Shown: one piece after another, positions 28,740-37,403 of the stretch
How the letters are laid out: every line of letters starts with the position of its first letter
Position numbering within the stretch: the first letter of the stretch is position 1
Assembly: GCF_030019085.1 (NCBI RefSeq)
Contig: NZ_JASEFJ010000009.1
Span: forward strand, 255-64,254
Source of the DNA: Methanoculleus sp.
GTDB taxonomy: Archaea > Halobacteriota > Methanomicrobia > Methanomicrobiales > Methanoculleaceae
Reading direction: 5' to 3'
DNA length: 64,000 nucleotides
Notes under the pieces: model-generated
What the model was told of the DNA's origin: nothing
Databases searched by the model: none
Seen by the model: only the letters and a program-made list of their open reading frames with translations
Made by a program: the position numbers and the translations under genes

Positions 28740-29833
28740 AATCCATCGTAGAAGAAGCTCTTTCACGGGCGGGGGCGGAGCAGCGCGTTGCTGAACCACC
28801 GGAGGTAGACAGGGATCTCGAAGAGATCCTCATGGAACTCCGGACCGAGATCGCGGTCATCGGGTGCGGTGGTGGTGGTTCGAACACTGTGACCCGTATG
28901 TGGGAAGAAGGCATAAACGGTGCAAGGCTGATCGCCCTCAACACCGATGCCCAGCACCTTGTCCGGACGCGTGCCGATTCTCGAATCCTGATCGGCCGGC
29001 AGAGAACACGTGGTCTTGGCGCAGGCTCGATCCCCCAGGTCGGCGAGGAGGCTGCCCTCGAGAACGAGGACGATATAAGGCGCGCTGTTCAGGGCTGCGA
29101 TATGGTCTTCATCACCACCGGCCTCGGAGGTGGCACCGGTACCGGTGCTGCGCCTATTGTGGCAAAAGCCGCCAGAGACGAGGGTGCGTTGACCATCGCG
29201 GTGGTCACTCTGCCGTTCACTGCGGAAGGTGCTATCCGGATGCAGAACGCGGAAGCAGGGCTTGAGCGCCTGCGTGAGGTGGCGGACACCGTCATCGTCG
29301 TGCCGAACGACCGGTTGCTCGAGGTCGTGCCCCGTCTCCCGCTCCATGCTGCCTTCAAGGTCTCCGATGAGGTGCTGATGCGGGCGGTCAAGGGGATCAC
29401 CGAGTTGATCACTATGCCCGGTCTTGTGAACCTGGACTTTGCCGATGTCCGGACGGTCATGGAGCGTGGAGGTGTCGCTATGATCGGGATGGGTGAGAGC
29501 GACAGCGAGGACAAGGCCGCGGATTCGGTCAAGAAGGCGCTGCGTTCCCCGCTCCTCGATGTCGATATCTCCGGTGCAACCGCAGCGCTCGTCAACGTCG
29601 TCGGTGGCCCCGATATGACGATGGCCGAGGCGGAAGGCGTCATCCAGGAGGTATATGACCGGATCGATCCTGATGCCCGCATAATCTGGGGGGCGCAGGT
29701 TGACCCTGAGATGCAGGGCAAGATGCGGACTCTTCTCGTGGTCACCGGTGTCCGGTCACCACAAATATATGGTAGAAGCGAGAAGAGTATGCCTCGCACG
29801 ATGAGACAGTTTGAGATAGACTTCCTGAAGTGA
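28736..29833 (+). CDS. ftsZ: Cell division GTPase FtsZ
   Basis: 365 aa with [20 protein letters not shown] and NTDAQHL motifs. ATGA overlap with dtdA. Confidence 0.95.
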   Translation: MKSIVEEALSRAGAEQRVAEPPEVDRDLEEILMELRTEIAVIGCGGGGSNTVTRMWEEGINGARLIALNTDAQHLVRTRADSRILIGRQRTRGLGAGSIPQVGEEAALENEDDIRRAVQGCDMVFITTGLGGGTGTGAAPIVAKAARDEGALTIAVVTLPFTAEGAIRMQNAEAGLERLREVADTVIVVPNDRLLEVVPRLPLHAAFKVSDEVLMRAVKGITELITMPGLVNLDFADVRTVMERGGVAMIGMGESDSEDKAADSVKKALRSPLLDVDISGATAALVNVVGGPDMTMAEAEGVIQEVYDRIDPDARIIWGAQVDPEMQGKMRTLLVVTGVRSPQIYGRSEKSMPRTMRQFEIDFLK

Positions 29834-29842
29834 GCCGTTAAT

Positions 29843-30049
29843 ATGGACTATAAGGAGACGCTTGAGAGCGTAAAGTCGTTCAAGATCGAGGAGGAACTCT
29901 TCAAGAAGTACTGGCGCGTGCTGAAACTGGCACGGAGACCTACCCGTGATGAGTTCACCAAGATCGCTATAGTATCGGCGGCAGGTATCCTGCTCATCGG
30001 CCTTGTTGGCTTTATAATATACGAGATAATGCTGCTACTGCCCAGATGA
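29843..30049 (+). CDS. secE: Protein translocase subunit SecE (Sec61 gamma)
   Basis: 68 aa with a single C-terminal TM helix and the conserved position upstream of spt5. Confidence 0.8.
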   Translation: MDYKETLESVKSFKIEEELFKKYWRVLKLARRPTRDEFTKIAIVSAAGILLIGLVGFIIYEIMLLLPR

Positions 30050-30528
30050 TGGATATGGCGGAGAGTGAAAACAGGGTTTACGCGGTCAAGACAACCGCCA
30101 AGCAGGAGCGGACGGTAGCCGACAATATAGAGAAGGTGATAAGGGAGCAGAAGGATATCCGTGTGACGGCCGTCATGGTCCCGGAGGAACTGAAAGGCTA
30201 CGTCCTTGTGGAGAGTCCGGACTCCCTTGCCCGAATGGAGCAGCTGGTGGAACTGATCCCCCATGCGCGCGCGGTTGTGCGCGGTTCGACCTCGCTTAAC
30301 GAGGTGGAACACTTCCTGGTGCCAAAGCCGGTTGTCAGCGGCATTACCGAGGGGACGATCGTCGAGATAATAGCCGGCCCGTTCAAGGGTGAGAAAGCGG
30401 TTGTAAAACGTATCGATTCCGGGAAGGAAGAGATCACGGTTGAACTCTACGAGAGCATGGTTCCAATCCCGATCACCGTCAGGGGCGACTCGGTTCGCGT
30501 TGTGGAACGCTCTGAAGACGCTTCCTGA
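30046..30528 (+). CDS. spt5: Transcription elongation factor Spt5 (NusG)
   Basis: 160 aa with an NGN domain (VYAVKTTAKQE) and a KOW motif (GPFKGEKAVV). Confidence 0.9.
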   Translation: MMDMAESENRVYAVKTTAKQERTVADNIEKVIREQKDIRVTAVMVPEELKGYVLVESPDSLARMEQLVELIPHARAVVRGSTSLNEVEHFLVPKPVVSGITEGTIVEIIAGPFKGEKAVVKRIDSGKEEITVELYESMVPIPITVRGDSVRVVERSEDAS

Positions 30529-30543
30529 AGAAGGACCCCTGTC

Positions 30544-30552
30544 TTTTTTTTT
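30544..30552 (+). terminator. Oligo-T archaeal terminator after spt5
   Basis: A run of 9 T begins 16 nt after the spt5 stop codon. Confidence 0.5.
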
Positions 30553-30603
30553 ATGGTGCAGGAGATGCCACGGCTGCCCGCTGTCCGTGGGTCGTGCCCT
30601 GTA

Positions 30604-30611
30604 CTTTAAAT
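30604..30611 (+). promoter_or_regulatory. Putative TATA box of the L11-L1-P0-P1 operon
   Basis: CTTTAAAT lies about 66 nt upstream of the L11 ATG. Confidence 0.4.
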
Positions 30612-30676
30612 CCTCTCAGGTTAACCTTAGATAACCCAGGCAACTATTCCCCTGAGGAATAAGCTGGTGAATTTGT

Positions 30677-31153
30677 ATGGCAGAAACGGTCGAGGTATTG
30701 GTACCCGGTGGCAAGGCAACTGCAGGCCCGCCTCTCGGGCCCGCGCTCGGTCCTCTCGGTATCAACGTGAAGGCTGTCGTTGACGAGATCAACAGAAAGA
30801 CGGCCGAATTCAACGGCATGCAGGTGCCGGTGACGGTCACTGTCGACGATAAGCGGAACTTCACGATCGAGGTGGGTATTCCGCCCACCGCGGCGCTTAT
30901 CAAGAAAGAGGCCGGTATCGAGAAGGGTTCGGCTGAGCCGGGTACACTGGTGGCGGGGGATCTGCCGCTGGAGGCCGTCGTCCGTATTGCCCGTATGAAG
31001 TTTGATGGTATGCTCTCGTACGACCTGAAGTCGGCGGTCAAAGAGGTCGCCGGAACGTGCATGAGTGTGGGTGTAAACATCGAGGGGAAGAAGCCCCGGG
31101 ACGTGATCCAGGCCATCAATAACGGGGAGTATGACGACGTACTCGTCGCATAG
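30677..31153 (+). CDS. rpl11: 50S ribosomal protein L11 (uL11)
   Basis: 158 aa, with [20 protein letters not shown]. Confidence 0.95.
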   Translation: MAETVEVLVPGGKATAGPPLGPALGPLGINVKAVVDEINRKTAEFNGMQVPVTVTVDDKRNFTIEVGIPPTAALIKKEAGIEKGSAEPGTLVAGDLPLEAVVRIARMKFDGMLSYDLKSAVKEVAGTCMSVGVNIEGKKPRDVIQAINNGEYDDVLVA

Positions 31154-31204
31154 ATGTCAGACAACCATAGAAGATCGTGAGGTCGTGTACTATGGAGGCA
31201 AAGG

Positions 31205-31846
31205 ATGGTTGACACAACCACTATACAGAAAGCCGTGAAGACGGCACTGGAGAAGGCTCCGGAACGGAAGTTCAGGGAGAGCGTGGATCTCACCGTCAAC
31301 CTCAGGAATATCGATATGTCTCAGCCAAAGAACCGTATCGATGAGACGATTCACCTCCCGCACGGTTTTGACAACGTCAAGATCGTTGTTCTCGGGAAGG
31401 GGGACATCGTCACGCAGGCGAAAGAGGCCAAAGTCGACCTCATCCTGGGTCCTGAGGATATCGAACGGCTCGGGGGCGAACCCCGGGAGGCACGCAAGAT
31501 TGCGGATGAATACAGGTTCTTCCTGGCTGAGACGGCAATGATGCCTCTCGTAGGTCGTTATCTCGGTGTCCGGCTTGGTCCGCGCGGAAAGATGCCAATG
31601 CCGATCTCGCAGGGAACCGATATCCGGCCCATCGTTCAGCGCCTGAGGAGTTCCGTGAAGGTCCGGACGAAGGACAAGAAGGTCTTCCACACCAAGGTCG
31701 GGACCACCGCGATGGATCCGGCGGAGATCGCTGAGAACATCGATACAATTCTCCGAAGGGTTGAGTCCGTGCTGGAGAGTGGGGCGATGAATATTCACTC
31801 GGTCTACGTGAAGACAACTATGGGGCCGGCAGTGAGGGTGGTCTGA
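31205..31846 (+). CDS. rpl1: 50S ribosomal protein L1 (uL1)
   Basis: 213 aa with the typical uL1 pattern (RKFRESVDL, LGPRGKMP). Confidence 0.95.
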   Translation: MVDTTTIQKAVKTALEKAPERKFRESVDLTVNLRNIDMSQPKNRIDETIHLPHGFDNVKIVVLGKGDIVTQAKEAKVDLILGPEDIERLGGEPREARKIADEYRFFLAETAMMPLVGRYLGVRLGPRGKMPMPISQGTDIRPIVQRLRSSVKVRTKDKKVFHTKVGTTAMDPAEIAENIDTILRRVESVLESGAMNIHSVYVKTTMGPAVRVV

Positions 31847-32871
31847 TGGCACTCTATACGCACCATCTGCCCCGGTGGAAGAGAGATGAAGTAGAGGAGA
31901 TCAAGCGGGGCATCAAGGAGCACTCGGTCGTCGGTATCGTGAATATGCACGGTATCCCCGCCTCGCAGGTGCAGCATATCCGGCGGAACCTCCGCGGCAC
32001 AGCGACTGTGAAGATGTCCCGCAACACGCTCATCGAGCGAGCCCTGAACGAACTCGAGGGCAGCGTTGCAGACTTAAACGAGCATTTTGAAGGACAGAGT
32101 GCCCTGATCTTCACAAACGAGAATCCTTTCAGGCTCTTTAAACTGCTTGAGAAGACCAAGACGAAGATGGCCGCGAAGCCCGGAGAGATTGCGCCCGAGG
32201 ATATCGTTGTTCAGAAGGGCCCGACCACCTTCAAGCCAGGCCCTATCGTTGGCGAATTCCAGCAGGTGGGCATACCCGCGGTCATCGAGGGTGGCAAGGT
32301 CAAGATTCGTGAGACGAAGACGGTCGTGAAGAAGGGTGAGGTCATCAACCGGAAGGTCGCCGAGGCGCTTTCGAAACTCGGGATCAAGCCGATGGATGTC
32401 GGGCTTGCCCTTCAGGCTGCGTACTACCACGGTAGTGTCTTCACGCCGGAGATGCTTGCAATCGATGAGGAGGCCTACGCGAACAATATCGCGCTCGCGG
32501 CCAGGCAGGCGTTTAACCTCTCGGTCAACGCTGCAATCCCGACCAGGCTTACCATTGGGGCCATCATTGGCAGAGCGGTAAGTGAGGCGCGGAACATCGG
32601 CGTCGAGGCGGGCATCTACGAGAAGGATATCATCGACCTGATCATCGGGCGCGCCCGGCGCGATATGCTGGCTGTGGCGCTCGCGGCGCAGGCTCACGGG
32701 TTCGACCTTGACGAGGAGACCCTGAAAGCGGTAACGGCTGCTGCCGCTACCGTGCCCGCTGCGGTTCCGGCTGCTGCTGCACCGGTTGCAGAGGAAGAGG
32801 AGAAGGAAGAGTCAAAGAAGGAAGAGGACGAGGAGAGCGGTCTTGCCGGTCTCGGGGCCCTCTTCGGCTGA
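31846..32871 (+). CDS. rplP0: 50S ribosomal stalk protein P0 (uL10)
   Basis: 341 aa with an Ala-rich hinge and an acidic tail ending GLGALFG. Confidence 0.95.
   Translation: MALYTHHLPRWKRDEVEEIKRGIKEHSVVGIVNMHGIPASQVQHIRRNLRGTATVKMSRNTLIERALNELEGSVADLNEHFEGQSALIFTNENPFRLFKLLEKTKTKMAAKPGEIAPEDIVVQKGPTTFKPGPIVGEFQQVGIPAVIEGGKVKIRETKTVVKKGEVINRKVAEALSKLGIKPMDVGLALQAAYYHGSVFTPEMLAIDEEAYANNIALAARQAFNLSVNAAIPTRLTIGAIIGRAVSEARNIGVEAGIYEKDIIDLIIGRARRDMLAVALAAQAHGFDLDEETLKAVTAAAATVPAAVPAAAAPVAEEEEKEESKKEEDEESGLAGLGALFG
32755..32869 (+). repeat. 115-nt segment near-identical to 33096-33210 (P0 tail)
   Basis: 114 of 115 nt are identical by direct comparison. The only difference is ggTtcc versus ggCtcc. 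Confidence 0.9.
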
Positions 32872-32897
32872 TATTTCAAAAACGAGGTGAATCAAAT

Positions 32898-33212
32898 ATG
32901 GAGTATATCTACGCTGCACTGCTCCTGCACAACGCAGGCAAGGAAATTACTGAAGAGAATGTGACTGCTGTCTTGAAATCCGCCGGTGTCCAGGTCCAGG
33001 ATGCCCGCGTGAAGGCGCTTGTCGCTGCGCTTGAGGGTGTGAACATCGAGGAGGCCATCAACAAGGCCGCCCTTGCACCTGTCGCCGCTGCAGCACCCGC
33101 TGCGGCTCCGGCTGCTGCTGCACCGGTTGCAGAGGAAGAGGAGAAGGAAGAGTCAAAGAAGGAAGAGGACGAGGAGAGCGGTCTTGCCGGTCTCGGGGCC
33201 CTCTTCGGCTAA
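32898..33212 (+). CDS. rpl12: 50S ribosomal stalk protein P1 (L12)
   Basis: 104 aa beginning [11 protein letters not shown], with the same acidic tail as P0. Confidence 0.95.
   Translation: MEYIYAALLLHNAGKEITEENVTAVLKSAGVQVQDARVKALVAALEGVNIEEAINKAALAPVAAAAPAAAPAAAAPVAEEEEKEESKKEEDEESGLAGLGALFG
33096..33210 (+). repeat. 115-nt segment near-identical to 32755-32869 (P1 tail)
   Basis: See the partner repeat at 32755-32869. Confidence 0.9.
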
Positions 33213-33214
33213 AC

Positions 33215-33244
33215 TTTTTCCCTGTTTTTGTCGTGTTCTTTTCA
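33215..33244 (+). terminator. Cluster of oligo-T tracts after rpl12
   Basis: CTTTTTCCCTGTTTTTGTCGTGTTCTTTT follows the stop codon immediately. Confidence 0.5.
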
Positions 33245-33432
33245 TTATCTCTCGCACGTTCTGCATATCCTCTCTCAGGTCTAATAGTCCGGGCTATGGG
33301 CGGTCAAAAAGGAATGAGCGGATACAGATTGGCGGGAATGTAGAATCTCTATCTTCGTGAGGTTGCGACCATAGGCATGACCTCGACGGCGTAGAATGCT
33401 GGATCCGGGGAAACTGCCAGGAAAGAGTATGA

Positions 33433-33756
33433 TTAATGTTGAGCCAGGAGATCGATCGCCCGACGGTGACTCTTCATCGAGAGTTCAAGGGGCTCGCGCT
33501 CAACGGGAGTGATGCCTTTCTGCTCTTCCGCTACTGAAGGGTTCTCGGCGGGGTAGATCTCGCCATAATCGATCGTGCCTATAGGTTCAAACATTCCGGA
33601 CATTGAAGCCGCATAGGTTGAATTCTCGGACGAATGGTGTTGAAATGGGCCAAAAGACTTTAACAACCTCTTTCTGGCCTCAAATTCACTGGTTTCAGGA
33701 TCGATACAGCCCGTCCACCTGAAATTATAAATCCATATGATCACGTGTAATATCAC
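33433..33756 (-). CDS. Hypothetical ORF in AT-richer spacer (doubtful)
   Basis: 107-aa ORF with no recognisable motif. It lies in a spacer of about 600 nt that is visibly less GC-rich than the flanks. Confidence 0.2.
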   Translation of the reverse strand: MILHVIIWIYNFRWTGCIDPETSEFEARKRLLKSFGPFQHHSSENSTYAASMSGMFEPIGTIDYGEIYPAENPSVAEEQKGITPVEREPLELSMKSHRRAIDLLAQH

Positions 33757-33829
33757 GAGATTGGGGCTGCGATCTCAGGGATAATACCCGGGATGCCTCT
33801 GATCTCAATCAGGGGAGCAGTCACTGTAA

Positions 33830-36040
33830 TCACCGCATACTCCCCCCGTATACCACCTGTCCGAAACTTATGCACCCGTCCCCCAGCGGGTACTCACGGC
33901 TGACGATGAACTCAAGCCCCGCAGCCAGAACCCCGCTCTGGATCGTCTCCCGGATCGCCCGGTTGTATGCCACCCCACCCGAGAGCACCACCCGCGGGAT
34001 CCCCCGCTCCTCTGCCGCCCCGATGGCCATCGCGGTTATCCCACGCGCCAGGTTGAACTGGACGGATGCAGCGATATCGGCCAGTCTCTCGCCTGCGACC
34101 AGACGCCTGTATGCCTCCGTCATGAGCGAGCGGGTCGATAGAAACTCGCACCCTCTCTCCTGCCCGAACTCGAGGTCCCAGACCGAAGGCTTCCCCGCCC
34201 ATGCCACCGACTCGAGTTCCATCGCCGGTTCCCCGTCGTATGTCCGCTCCCGGCAGATCCCGAGCAGCGCCGAAGCGGCGTCCAGGACGCGGCCGGTGCT
34301 CGAGGTCGCGGCAACGTTCAACCCCCGCTCCACCTGCCTGCTGATGACCCCTAACTCCATCTCGCTCCAGCCCCGCGACGCAAGCAGGTCACGTATCTCC
34401 CTCGTCGGCAGGATGCCGTAGAGCATCCGTTCCGGGAACCTGGTGGCCAGATCGCCCCCCGGCATCGGAACAACCTCCAGGTGAGCGACCCTCTCAAGGT
34501 ACGGAACCTCTCCCGCAAAGACCTCTCCGCCCCAGACCGTCCCATCATCGCCATACCCGACACCATCGATAGCGATCCCCACACACTCATCCGGGGTCGC
34601 GGCAGCGATATGCGCCCGGTGGTGCTGGACGGCAAGAAGTTCCGCCCCGCTTGCCTCGGCAACCTCCCTCGCATAGCGGGTCGAGAGGAATTGCGGGTGA
34701 AGGTCGTGGACGACCAGATCATACCGTGCTCCGGTGAGTTTCCCGATCTTCTCCACAGTCTCCTTCAGGTAGGCCAGGGTCTGGGGGTTCCTGACATTCC
34801 CAACATGGGGAGATGTGACGCAGAACCCGTTTTTGTAGATCGATATGTTCGAGTTCAGTTCCGGGCCGACGCCAAGGATACACAGGTCACCGAGATCGAT
34901 CGCCTCCCGTTTCGGCGCAAGACCGCGGGATAGACGGATGATGTAACCGCCCCTCATGACCGAGTCGTCGCAGCGGTTGACGATCCGGCGGTCGTGGGTG
35001 AGGATGTAGTCCACCTGCCCCGGCAGGCGTTCCAGGGCTATCCCGAGGTCGGTGATCATGGGGTAGCCCGGCAGGTTCGCGCTCGTCATCACGAGCAGCG
35101 GGTGGTCAAGGTGTGCAAACAGTAGATAGTGCAACCCGGTGTAGGGGAGCATGCAGCCGATGGTGTGCAGCCTCGAGATCGTCCGGTGCGACTCCGGATC
35201 ACGCTTCTCGAGCACCACGATCGGTCTCTCCCGCGAGTGCAGGATCCGCCGGTCATCCGGAGAGAGAACCGCGATCCGCTCCACCTCCTCCGGTCCTGCC
35301 ATCACAGCGAGCGGTTGTGCCGTCCGGCCAAGACGGCGTTTGAGTTCTTCTGCTGCCTCCTCGATACACGCAATGTGGAACCCCCCTATGCCGCGGATGG
35401 CCACGATCGAGCCCGCATCCAGCAGAGAGGCTGTCTCCCGTATAGGGTCTTCTGCCGCAACCGGTCTCCCGTCTGCTCTTAGAAGGCTCAGATGTGGTCC
35501 GCAGGCCGCACAGGCAATCGTCTGGGCGTGATGGCGGCGAGACGATGGGTCGGAGTACTCCCTCTGGCATGCGGGGCAGAGCGGGAACTCTGCCATCGAA
35601 GTCCGTTCCCGGTCGTATGGGACGTCAGTGATTATGCTGTAGCGAGGCCCGCAGTTGACGCAGGACGTCGCCCAATAGCCCTCATACCGGCCACCGGGCG
35701 TAAATATATCGGTGATACATTCGTCGCATATGGCGACATCGGTTGGGATGAATCCCGTGAGACTCCCCCTCTCGCTCTCGAGGATACTAAACCCGTCAGT
35801 CTCCTCCCCATCGCGCAGATTATAAACATCTACAGAATCTATGCGGGATAGGGGTGTACCCCCTGAAACAGCCTCCAGGAACTCCTCAAAACGCTCCCCC
35901 CAGGCACGGATCTCCACCTCGCTACCCAGGTTTTTGACCGTCCCGGTGATCCCGAATTCCATGGCTTTTGCATAGACAAAAGGGCGAAACCCGACTCCCT
36001 GAACGATGCCCCTGATTACAATTGTGCCACTTCTACGCAT
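33830..36040 (-). CDS. hypF: [NiFe]-hydrogenase maturation carbamoyltransferase HypF
   Basis: 736 aa with an acylphosphatase domain (VQGVGFRPFV), two CxxC-x18-CxxC zinc fingers, and YrdC-like and Kae1-like domains. Confidence 0.95.
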   Translation of the reverse strand: MRRSGTIVIRGIVQGVGFRPFVYAKAMEFGITGTVKNLGSEVEIRAWGERFEEFLEAVSGGTPLSRIDSVDVYNLRDGEETDGFSILESERGSLTGFIPTDVAICDECITDIFTPGGRYEGYWATSCVNCGPRYSIITDVPYDRERTSMAEFPLCPACQREYSDPSSRRHHAQTIACAACGPHLSLLRADGRPVAAEDPIRETASLLDAGSIVAIRGIGGFHIACIEEAAEELKRRLGRTAQPLAVMAGPEEVERIAVLSPDDRRILHSRERPIVVLEKRDPESHRTISRLHTIGCMLPYTGLHYLLFAHLDHPLLVMTSANLPGYPMITDLGIALERLPGQVDYILTHDRRIVNRCDDSVMRGGYIIRLSRGLAPKREAIDLGDLCILGVGPELNSNISIYKNGFCVTSPHVGNVRNPQTLAYLKETVEKIGKLTGARYDLVVHDLHPQFLSTRYAREVAEASGAELLAVQHHRAHIAAATPDECVGIAIDGVGYGDDGTVWGGEVFAGEVPYLERVAHLEVVPMPGGDLATRFPERMLYGILPTREIRDLLASRGWSEMELGVISRQVERGLNVAATSSTGRVLDAASALLGICRERTYDGEPAMELESVAWAGKPSVWDLEFGQERGCEFLSTRSLMTEAYRRLVAGERLADIAASVQFNLARGITAMAIGAAEERGIPRVVLSGGVAYNRAIRETIQSGVLAAGLEFIVSREYPLGDGCISFGQVVYGGSMR

Positions 36041-36097
36041 CTGGATTTCAGCAAAAATTTATGGAGTTATAGCCCCATATAATAATAGGGTATCGCA

Positions 36098-36607
36098 GTG
36101 ACGGGACATATCAAAATTCTAAACGATCCGGTGGAACTGGTTCCTCTTCTTATAACGTTCAATAATGCAGAATATAAAAAGATCTACGATCTCTTAAATA
36201 AAGCATGGATGACCGAGGATGATCTCGCAGACTACGCGGCGAGGTCCACGGTTACGGAGTGTCTCGCGATCCTGAAGAAAGGTAACCTTATCGAGGAGCA
36301 ATGGCGGATGCCGAAACCCGGCGAGAAACCCACGAAAGAATACAGGGCGACATACAGCAAGTTCCGGGCCAGTTTTCAGTGTTCCATGGGCGATCTCGGG
36401 GATCTGCTGCATATCGCCATCTCAAACGATGAGAGTCTCCGTGCGATCGTCGATGCGGTTCAGCAGGAGATCATGACCGGAACAACCTCTATTGGTGACA
36501 TATCCCGTAAATACGGAGTCAGCCAGATCTTCATAAGGGGGCTGGCAAAGAGGATCCCCGGTCTCGATGTGAGAGGGCAGGGGATGGTTTTGCTTGACCG
36601 AACCTGA
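36098..36607 (+). CDS. Winged-helix-like DNA-binding protein (hypothetical)
   Basis: 169 aa with a GTG start and an ArsR/TrmB-like helical pattern. It is the first gene of a three-gene overlapping unit. Confidence 0.5.
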   Translation: MTGHIKILNDPVELVPLLITFNNAEYKKIYDLLNKAWMTEDDLADYAARSTVTECLAILKKGNLIEEQWRMPKPGEKPTKEYRATYSKFRASFQCSMGDLGDLLHIAISNDESLRAIVDAVQQEIMTGTTSIGDISRKYGVSQIFIRGLAKRIPGLDVRGQGMVLLDRT

Positions 36608-37403
36608 TAAAGACCCGCTCTACATAATCCTGCGCAGCAAGCGGGAGGCAACAAGGTTTCAGATCCTGGTCGAGATCGCCGAACACCAGCCCGCCATCCG
36701 CCAGCAGGAGATCGCCGAGAAACTTGGTGTGACACCCCAGGCGATCTCCGAGTACCTCCGTGAGCTGGTGGAGGAGGGACTTGTTACCGCTCACGGTCGG
36801 GGCAGGTATGAGGTCACGAAGAGCGGGGTAGAGTGGATCATGCGACACGCCGAGGCCCTCGAGTCGTATGCCCGCCACATCACCCGCGATATCATCCAGC
36901 AGGTGGCGGTCTGGACGGCCATTGCGGAGGACGAGATCCGGAAGGGGGATACTGTAGGCGTCTTCATGCGGAAAGGCTGGCTGTATGCGACAGAGAGGGA
37001 GCAGAGCGCGATGGGTGTCGCGACGATGGACGCCAGGCCCGGCGAAGACCTCGGCGTTGCCAGGTTGAACGGCATCATCGATCATAAGGAGGGGACTGTC
37101 CATGTCTGCAAGGTCCCGCGGGTGGAACGTGGGGGGTCACGCAAGGTCGATCTAAATCTCCTCCGGGGTGCCGTCCGGGGTGCCGAGGTTGTGGCTGCCA
37201 TCGGGCTTGAGTCGTATGTGGCCCTGAAGAAGGCGGGTATCGACCCGGATATGTTCTTTGGTGCCAGGGAGGGTGTCATCGAGGCGGCGTTCCACGGTCT
37301 TGATTGTGCGATCCTTATCGTCGATGAAGAGTTTACCGATTTTCTCAAGCGACTTGAGACCGTGGGACTCGCCTACACGATCCATGACCTGATACTCTCA
37401 TGA
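36594..37403 (+). CDS. COG1497-type transcriptional regulator (N-terminal wHTH plus C-terminal domain)
   Basis: 269 aa with the HTH QQEIAEKLGVTPQAISEYLRELVEEGLV. TTG start overlapping the upstream gene by 14 nt. Confidence 0.6.
   Translation: MTEPDKDPLYIILRSKREATRFQILVEIAEHQPAIRQQEIAEKLGVTPQAISEYLRELVEEGLVTAHGRGRYEVTKSGVEWIMRHAEALESYARHITRDIIQQVAVWTAIAEDEIRKGDTVGVFMRKGWLYATEREQSAMGVATMDARPGEDLGVARLNGIIDHKEGTVHVCKVPRVERGGSRKVDLNLLRGAVRGAEVVAAIGLESYVALKKAGIDPDMFFGAREGVIEAAFHGLDCAILIVDEEFTDFLKRLETVGLAYTIHDLILS

Noticed and set aside
31154-31204. L1 autoregulatory mRNA site (23S rRNA mimic) between rpl11 and rpl1
   Set aside because: Such sites are known in Methanococcus, but I could not recognise a convincing mimic here beyond a GGAGGC that is equally well a Shine-Dalgarno sequence.
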